A DNA stretch of 64,000 nucleotides, taken from positions 1 through 64,000 of the forward strand of contig JAYTSD010000004.1 of NCBI GenBank assembly GCA_043745805.1, read 5' to 3'. Made by a program: the position numbers and the translations under genes. The stretch is from Fibrobacteria bacterium (GTDB lineage: Bacteria > Fibrobacterota > Fibrobacteria > UBA11236). The notes under the pieces were generated by a model. It did not search any database. It was given only the letters and a program-made list of their open reading frames with translations, and had not been told where the DNA came from. Position 1 is the stretch's first letter. Each line of letters starts with the position of its first letter. Of this stretch, positions 57,725 to 64,000 are shown one piece after another.

Positions 57725-59890
57725 ATGAGTAATGAAAAAGTATTTAGTCGCACCGATGCTGAAAATTTGGTACGGCAATGGAATTTATTTTACAATCGTA
57801 CCGTAGCTTATTCATTTGATCATCCCGTAGTACAAGAAACCATTCCCAAGGTGCACGAAGCCTTTTCTGTGCTACTGGCCGGTCAAAACCCACTCTCTTT
57901 ATTGTTTCAGGAGTTTGGATACTATATCGGTTATGTTGATTTAGTTTATCAGCCGAATAATCGTCGCGTAGCCGATCATTTACGTCGCTTTGGTCTAGAA
58001 TCCATTAGTATCACCGCTCCACTCAGCTTACATGATTTGTCTTTCTTTTTAGATGCTTGCACTTTAACCCATGCCAACCCTGCAAGCTTTGTGAGTTATC
58101 TCGTGAGTAATCATGTGAGCAGCTTTTCAGTAAATGATGTGAGCTTACAAACGGTAAAAGAGGGCGAAGTCGTCACGCATCATGGAAATGTAGGTAGTGG
58201 TGGCTCTGCAAGTGGAATGTCTGGAATTAGTGGAACTTATGATATTTCACCACAAAAAAGTTCTTTCGAAGAAATGGCTATGCGTATTGCTTTGGGGCAT
58301 ATTACCGCACAAGAACTCAATGCTAATTTAAATCTATTGCAAGTCTTAGAAAACCCCATGGCTTTGCCACAAGCGGTTTTAGAAAATTCGGCAAATGCCA
58401 AACCGGGTGATGAACCGATTGCCATTAAGCAAGCTCTGAACAATGTGATGCGTACTTTTAAAACTTCGGCTGAACAAGGCGATATGGCCATCGAAGATTT
58501 ATTAGCTGGCATGTACAATATGCGCGGAGAAATGTTACGCGCTATCAAAGCCCAACAAGGAATTGCTCAGTTTCTCAGTAAGCCCGATGAATTAGTGGAT
58601 TCGGCCAATGATATTTTCGCCCAAACTGCCGCACAACTTATTGTGACTGAGCATCAAAAATCCAATGGGAACATTAAAAAAACTGCACAAATCATTAAAC
58701 GTATAGTACCTGAAAAACAACATATGCAAAAGGTATTACCGTTGTTACGTACGGAACTACTCAAAGTGGGCGTGCCATTAATTGAGTATTATAATTTAAT
58801 CAGCGAATTGAATACTTTTTTAAATGCCGATGAAAGTTATTTGGAATTTTTGCATGCGGGCCAAAGCATAGGCGTTAGTCCGGATGAATTATTAAAAGAA
58901 CTCAATCAAAATCCCAAGCAAGCCGCACAACTTATAATTCTAGCCAGTGAAGTGCGACGCGTACAAAACAAAGATGGATCGGAAGATTTAATTCAGTCCC
59001 TTTCGGAATATGTAGAACGCGTAGGCGAAAGCATGGTCAAACAAGCAGAGTCCGCGCCCAATGAAACAGGGAAACTAAGTTCATTGCTTTTCCAAATGGA
59101 AAATGCCATTTCCTTAGAATTGCAAGATAAAGATATCCCTCCCGAAGCCAAGGTAATGGGACAACAAAAATTACGTATGCGCATGCAAAAAAATGTGCAA
59201 GATATTAAGACCAAAGCCGCCTTAACGCAACTGCGTAATGAAGGTTTAACTGAAGCCGAAAAAGCCCAATTTCTTTTAGAAATTTTTACCGACGAAAAAG
59301 AAATTGAAGAAACCTTAGATTTATTAACGGGTGGGGCTGGAGGCGATCAAGTCGCCAAAGAGATTGCGGACCAGGTAATGTCCAAGGTACGTCATGAAAC
59401 ACAAATACGTCGTGAAAAAAATAATTCTAAAGATTTACCGGCCGGTGTTTATGTCAAAGCCGTTTTAGATTTTTTTATTAAATTCGAAATTAGTCGCTCT
59501 CTGCGCTATAGCCTTCCCTTCAGTACGATATTACTTTCATTTCAAGGCTTATCCGAAGACAAAGCCAGTCATGATGCACAACCCGATGCTTTGCGTGGCC
59601 TGCAAAATGTATTAATTGGCGATTTGCGAAAATGCATGCGCGACTCCGATTTCATTGGTTATTTAAGCTTCAATCGCTTCTTAGTAGTTTTACCGATGAC
59701 GCAAGCAGCGGACCTAACACCGGTATTAAAAAAATATCGCGATCATTTAAATCGCCAAGTTGCCTTACCCAATGGACAAAGAATTTGGATACGTCCACGT
59801 TGTGGCGTAGCGAGCTTTGATAAAGAAAACCTAAATAGCTATCCCAAAATTTACCAAGAGCTGGTCAAGAGCTGGCAAAACGATCGGTAA
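57725..59890 (+). CDS. Large cytoplasmic protein with a degenerate C-terminal GGDEF-fold domain
   Basis: EISRSLRYSLPFSTILL...RDSDFIGYLSFNRFLVVLPMT...CGVASF follows the GGDEF fold; the signature is replaced by SFNRF and RxxD is kept. Confidence 0.72.
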   Translation: MSNEKVFSRTDAENLVRQWNLFYNRTVAYSFDHPVVQETIPKVHEAFSVLLAGQNPLSLLFQEFGYYIGYVDLVYQPNNRRVADHLRRFGLESISITAPLSLHDLSFFLDACTLTHANPASFVSYLVSNHVSSFSVNDVSLQTVKEGEVVTHHGNVGSGGSASGMSGISGTYDISPQKSSFEEMAMRIALGHITAQELNANLNLLQVLENPMALPQAVLENSANAKPGDEPIAIKQALNNVMRTFKTSAEQGDMAIEDLLAGMYNMRGEMLRAIKAQQGIAQFLSKPDELVDSANDIFAQTAAQLIVTEHQKSNGNIKKTAQIIKRIVPEKQHMQKVLPLLRTELLKVGVPLIEYYNLISELNTFLNADESYLEFLHAGQSIGVSPDELLKELNQNPKQAAQLIILASEVRRVQNKDGSEDLIQSLSEYVERVGESMVKQAESAPNETGKLSSLLFQMENAISLELQDKDIPPEAKVMGQQKLRMRMQKNVQDIKTKAALTQLRNEGLTEAEKAQFLLEIFTDEKEIEETLDLLTGGAGGDQVAKEIADQVMSKVRHETQIRREKNNSKDLPAGVYVKAVLDFFIKFEISRSLRYSLPFSTILLSFQGLSEDKASHDAQPDALRGLQNVLIGDLRKCMRDSDFIGYLSFNRFLVVLPMTQAADLTPVLKKYRDHLNRQVALPNGQRIWIRPRCGVASFDKENLNSYPKIYQELVKSWQNDR

Positions 59891-60012
59891 TTTGGGAATA
59901 TACTGAAAGAATAGCGCTAAACAGAGCATACACAGAACACGTAAAAAGTCCTATTTTTGGGCCGCGGTGGATATTTTAAATTCATCCTTCTGGAAAGTTT
60001 TGGAAAGCACTC

Positions 60013-61011
60013 ATGTTTATTGACGAAACACTCATTTATGTCTCAGCGGGTCGAGGTGGCAGAGGCTGCGTTGGATTTCGCCGCGAAAAATATGTTCCCC
60101 GCGGTGGCCCCGATGGTGGCAATGGTGGTCGAGGTGGCCATATTATTTTTGAAGCTTCCGAAAATTATCATACCCTTTATGATATCGGTCAAAAAAGAAG
60201 ATTCCAAGCCGAGCATGGCGCACCGGGTAGTGGCAGCTTATCCACCGGAAAAAGTGGCGAGGATATCATTATTAAAGTTCCGGTCGGCACGCTCATTAAA
60301 GATGCCGAAACCGGCGAGTTACTCAAGGATTTACAAATCCATCAGGAAAAATTTATTGTCGCTAATGGTGGACGTGGCGGCTTAGGCAATGCTGTTTTTA
60401 AAAGCTCTATACAACGCACACCCTTAAAAACCGTTCCAGCAGCTGAAGGTGAAAGTCGCAAAATACTACTCGAACTAAAATTACTTGCCGATTGCGGTTT
60501 AGTTGGTTTTCCCAATGCCGGTAAAAGTTCGCTCATTCGCAAAATTTCTTCGGCAACACCCAAAGTAGCGGATTATCCTTTTACCACCATTAAACCTCAT
60601 TTAGGTTTAGTAAATGTGGGCGTGGGTCATAGCTTAGTTATTGTGGATATTCCAGGATTAATCGAAGGCGCTGCCGATGGCAAAGGTCTTGGACATCAAT
60701 TTTTAAAACACGTAGAACGTAGTTTTTGTTTGATCTTTGTAATCGATTTATCCGTTGAATCACCTTATGCGCAATACAAAACCTTACTGGCTGAATTAAA
60801 AAAATTTCAACCTTTATTGCTCAAAAAACCTCGCTTGATCGTTTTGAACAAAATTGATTTAGGCGAATATGAATTGGAAAAAGGATTTAAAAAAGAGAAA
60901 TGTCCTATTCTAAAAGTTTCGGCCATAGCGGGCACTGGCATGAAAGATTTAAAAAATGCTGCATGGAAAATGGTCGTCGATAGCGGCGGAAAAAATCTGG
61001 ATAAGTTTTAA
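60013..61011 (+). CDS. obgE: GTPase ObgE/CgtA
   Basis: FRREKYVPRGGPDGGNGG, GFPNAGKSS, YPFTT, DIPG, NKID. Confidence 0.98.
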   Translation: MFIDETLIYVSAGRGGRGCVGFRREKYVPRGGPDGGNGGRGGHIIFEASENYHTLYDIGQKRRFQAEHGAPGSGSLSTGKSGEDIIIKVPVGTLIKDAETGELLKDLQIHQEKFIVANGGRGGLGNAVFKSSIQRTPLKTVPAAEGESRKILLELKLLADCGLVGFPNAGKSSLIRKISSATPKVADYPFTTIKPHLGLVNVGVGHSLVIVDIPGLIEGAADGKGLGHQFLKHVERSFCLIFVIDLSVESPYAQYKTLLAELKKFQPLLLKKPRLIVLNKIDLGEYELEKGFKKEKCPILKVSAIAGTGMKDLKNAAWKMVVDSGGKNLDKF

Positions 61012-61016
61012 TTAAA

Positions 61017-61058
61017 AATTTTCCGAGGTTTCATCCGCGATGCGAACCTTGGAAAATT
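61017..61058. repeat. Hairpin carrying copy 1 of a 22-bp repeat; probable terminator between obgE and actP
   Basis: aattttccgaggtt...aaccttggaaaatt, a 14-bp stem with one G-T; core cgaggtttcatccgcgatgcga at 61024-61045. Confidence 0.75.
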
Positions 61059-61110
61059 ACAAATACGTTTTGACTCCAATTTTTAAGGGAAGCATTTAGC
61101 TTCTCTTTTT

Positions 61111-62658
61111 TTATTCCGCTCCTACCCCTAGGTAGCTGCGGATTTTTTCTTCCTCAAATAAAACTTCCGAATTTGGCTCTCGTTTAAGTAAGGACACGCT
61201 AATTCCAGCGATAAAAGCACCGGCCATAGAAAAAAGCCCTGGGTTTTTGAGTGGAAAAATAGGTGTGGCATGTTTAAAAATATCCACCCACACGGTGGGA
61301 CTAAGAATAATCAACGACACCGCTAAAACCAAGCCAGTCACAATACTGGAAATGGCTCCTGCAGTGGTGAAACGTTTCCACATGATAGACAATATCAAGG
61401 CAGGAAAATTAGCACTAGCAGCGACCGCAAAGGCCAAGCCCACCATAAAGGCCACATTTTGTCCTTTAAATAAAATACCTAGAAGAATTGCCAATAGTCC
61501 CAAAATTAAAGTGGCCCATTTCGCCATGCGAACCTGATCTTTTTCATTGGATTGACCTTTTTTAAAAACACCCAAATACAAATCATGAGAAAGAGCCGAT
61601 GCTCCGGCTAATGTTAAACCGGCTACCACAGCCAATATAGTGGCAAAAGCTACCGCAGCTAAAAATCCCAGAAAGACGCTGCCCCCTAAGACTTCCGCAA
61701 GCAGAGGGGCAGCCATGTTACCCCCTTTATCCATACCTCTAATAATGTCTTGTCCCACAAATACCGCTGCACCAAATCCAATGGTGAAAGTAAGTATGTA
61801 GAAGTAACCTATAAATCCGGTTGCGAAGAAAACGGATTTGCGCGCTTCCTTGGCATTAGGTACGGTGTAAAAGCGCATGAGAATATGGGGTAACCCCGCT
61901 GTGCCAAACATCAAAGCCAAGCCGAGAGAGATAGCATCTAGTGGGTTTGCCACTAATCCACCCGGACTTAAAAAACCCGCGCCATATTTTAAAGTTGCTT
62001 CATGAAAAAGCCAGCCATAATTAAAATGAGCTTTGATCAAAACCATAATCACTAATAAAGTGGCGCCTCCCAAAAGTAAACAGGCCTTAATGATTTGTAC
62101 CCAAGTGGTCGCTAACATTCCGCCAAACAATACATAGGCGGTCATCAATACACCCACTACCGCTACCGCCAATTCATAGGGCAATGAAAACATGAGTTTA
62201 ATCAAACTGCCTGCACCCACCATTTGCGCGATCAAATAAAAAAGTACCGTGGTAATGGCCCCTACTGAAGCTGCCACTTTTATTGGTCCTGGATTCAACC
62301 GATAAGCGGTAACATCGGTAAAAGTATATTTCCCTAAATTACGTAAAGGTTCCGCGATTAAACAAAGTACCACCGGCCAACCGACCAAAAATCCAACTGA
62401 ATAAATAAGTCCATCATATCCTTTTAAGGAAACGAGTCCGGCAATTCCCAAGAATGAAGCCGCGCTCATATAATCTCCTGCTAAAGCTAAGCCATTTTGA
62501 AATCCGGTAATGTTGCGGCCTGCGGCATAAAATTCTTTTGCTGTTTTGGTGCGTTTAGCAGCCCAATAGGTAACCCCCAAGGTAAGCAATACAAAAAGTA
62601 AAAAGAAGGCGATGGCAATAGGATTGAGTTGACCAATAACGGTTTGATTAGGTAGCAT
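61111..62658 (-). CDS. actP: Cation/acetate symporter (SSS family)
   Basis: [60 protein letters not shown]. Confidence 0.93.
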   Translation of the reverse strand: MLPNQTVIGQLNPIAIAFFLLFVLLTLGVTYWAAKRTKTAKEFYAAGRNITGFQNGLALAGDYMSAASFLGIAGLVSLKGYDGLIYSVGFLVGWPVVLCLIAEPLRNLGKYTFTDVTAYRLNPGPIKVAASVGAITTVLFYLIAQMVGAGSLIKLMFSLPYELAVAVVGVLMTAYVLFGGMLATTWVQIIKACLLLGGATLLVIMVLIKAHFNYGWLFHEATLKYGAGFLSPGGLVANPLDAISLGLALMFGTAGLPHILMRFYTVPNAKEARKSVFFATGFIGYFYILTFTIGFGAAVFVGQDIIRGMDKGGNMAAPLLAEVLGGSVFLGFLAAVAFATILAVVAGLTLAGASALSHDLYLGVFKKGQSNEKDQVRMAKWATLILGLLAILLGILFKGQNVAFMVGLAFAVAASANFPALILSIMWKRFTTAGAISSIVTGLVLAVSLIILSPTVWVDIFKHATPIFPLKNPGLFSMAGAFIAGISVSLLKREPNSEVLFEEEKIRSYLGVGAE

Positions 62659-62990
62659 TATTTCTCTCCCAATTTATTTTTTATTGCCGCAATAGCAGGA
62701 TCATAAAACTTATTAGCCCAATAAACATAGACACCGGTGATAAGGCAAGAGAGTAGAATAACGCTTATGCCCAAAGGGATTCCCAGGGGAATGTTATCGG
62801 TGACTAAAATACTGAGAACATTTTTTTTAAAAGCCACCATGAAAAGAAAGCCAAAATAAACCAGCATGGTAATTAACGTTAGACCCAAACTAAGCCTTGT
62901 TTTTTTTCGCACCAAATCCTGAAATTCCTGTGACCTCAATATCGGAGGAGAAGCCGTGGATGATGATTTCAATGTTACCGTTTCCTGCAT
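62658..62990 (-). CDS. yjcH: DUF485 (YjcH-like) membrane partner of ActP
   Basis: [22 protein letters not shown]; coupled to actP through a TAATG overlap. Confidence 0.88.
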   Translation of the reverse strand: MQETVTLKSSSTASPPILRSQEFQDLVRKKTRLSLGLTLITMLVYFGFLFMVAFKKNVLSILVTDNIPLGIPLGISVILLSCLITGVYVYWANKFYDPAIAAIKNKLGEK

Positions 62991-63164
62991 ATTACCCTCT
63001 TTTCCTCGATCTAAGTATGAGTATTTTCCACCTTAGAACAATCAGCCAAGAGACCACTCACTCAGTTCTAAAAATGAATGCTAGCAACGATAAAAAAAAA
63101 GCCGGTCAATAAACCCTGTTGAGTTTAATAATTTTACCATCGACTCCATTGTTAAAAAAATATT

Positions 63165-63186
63165 CGAGGTTTCATCCGCTATGCGA
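63165..63186. repeat. Copy 2 of the 22-bp repeat
   Basis: cgaggtttcatccgctatgcga, 21/22 identical to 61024-61045, same orientation. Confidence 0.75.
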
Positions 63187-63208
63187 GTTTGAAGAAGAAT
63201 CCAAGGAC

Positions 63209-63239
63209 AAAAAAAGGGAGGCTTTCGCCTCCCTTTTTT
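63209..63239 (-). terminator. Intrinsic terminator after the SH3 gene
   Basis: aaaaaagggaggc-tttc-gcctccctttttt. Confidence 0.9.
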
Positions 63240-63283
63240 AATCTCATGAGTAAAGATTAAAATTCTTTTTTCTTTCTCATTTT

Positions 63284-63742
63284 TTAATTTTCGTCGTAAG
63301 CTCTTTCGACTTGTTCACGATCTTTAGGCTCTACAATTTCATTGCTGAAGCTGCGATCAATAGGCAATGCATTCATATCGGGATTGCCATTATCCAAAAT
63401 GTATACGGCGCTGGGATTATCGAGCCAACCTACCACTTCCACGTCTTTCAAATTATGCGTAGAACCACCAGTTACTTTTACCATCTCAATTGAGCCATTA
63501 TCTACCCAGCCTTTAATTCCTCCATTAGTTTTAACCAAGGAGCGGGCTTTGCCTTCTTTAACCATATTCACTTCATCGCCAGAAGTTAATTCACCTGCTT
63601 TTTCAGATGCATCACTGGATTCACTTTTATATACCACCGCACCACCTGATTTAACACGCGTTACTGAAGTCGTAGTTGTAGCTGATTTTGCAAAATTAAT
63701 GGAGACTATGGCCAAGACCAAAATAGTGATAAATTTTTTCAT
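63284..63742 (-). CDS. Secreted bacterial SH3-domain protein with a conserved-looking C-terminal tail
   Basis: Signal peptide; GELTSGDEVNMV...SLVKTNGGIKGWV is the SH3b pattern. Confidence 0.75.
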   Translation of the reverse strand: MKKFITILVLAIVSINFAKSATTTTSVTRVKSGGAVVYKSESSDASEKAGELTSGDEVNMVKEGKARSLVKTNGGIKGWVDNGSIEMVKVTGGSTHNLKDVEVVGWLDNPSAVYILDNGNPDMNALPIDRSFSNEIVEPKDREQVERAYDEN

Positions 63743-64000
63743 AAATCCTTCCCGAAAAATCCTTTGTTCAGCAATATATAGTCAAAAATACAAAATCACA
63801 AGCTCTATTGTGGTTCTTAAAATTCATTGTCCCATTTTACTTTAAAAATCACTTTAAGTCCCCATTCAAAAAGTCTGAAATCGAGTGAATTAAGGCTTGA
63901 GTTTGCCTAATATCAAACAATTCCAGTAGACATAAAAAATACAAGAACGGTATAATCTTTAAAAAATAAAATCCCTAGGCATAAAGGTGTTCTATGCAAT

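Noticed and set aside
59957..60385. 142-aa alternative-frame ORF over obgE
   Set aside because: By-product of Gly-rich codons in obgE; no independent evidence.
63342..63845. 167-aa plus-strand ORF
   Set aside because: Antisense to the SH3 gene, which has the signal peptide, RBS and terminator.

Overview
Gene-dense, AT-rich (roughly 40% GC by eye) bacterial chromosomal window with about 50 CDS. I saw no rRNA, tRNA, CRISPR array, transposase or integrase. A TIGR02147/DUF4423-type gene, basic or T9SS-like C-terminal tails on secreted proteins and the general gene style suggest a Fibrobacterota genome (inference). Housekeeping content: epmA-efp/epmB, cstA, rho-proC, a folK-deoxynucleoside kinase fusion, panC, serC, nrdAB with tandem NrdR boxes, System II cytochrome c maturation, gltBD, cysG, metG, a DEAD-box helicase, map, obgE and yjcH-actP. 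An accessory block at about 7-25 kb encodes secreted glycan-binding or glycan-degrading proteins. Best leads: (1) an SH3 protein with a tail resembling myxobacterial CglF/GltF; (2) a FecR-like protein interrupted by seven 16-aa repeats, paired with a likely outer-membrane barrel; (3) a TIGR02147 regulator coupled to a DUF2341-LamG lipoprotein; (4) a CstA-YbdD/YjiX fusion; (5) a sensor-less Ser/Thr kinase facing a degenerate GGDEF protein that keeps RxxD; (6) a four-glycosyltransferase operon with probable ATT starts; (7) a 22-bp direct repeat bracketing yjcH-actP. The ORF track misses a long TPR plus charged-repeat CDS that runs off the left edge. All family calls come from motif recognition; no database search was run.
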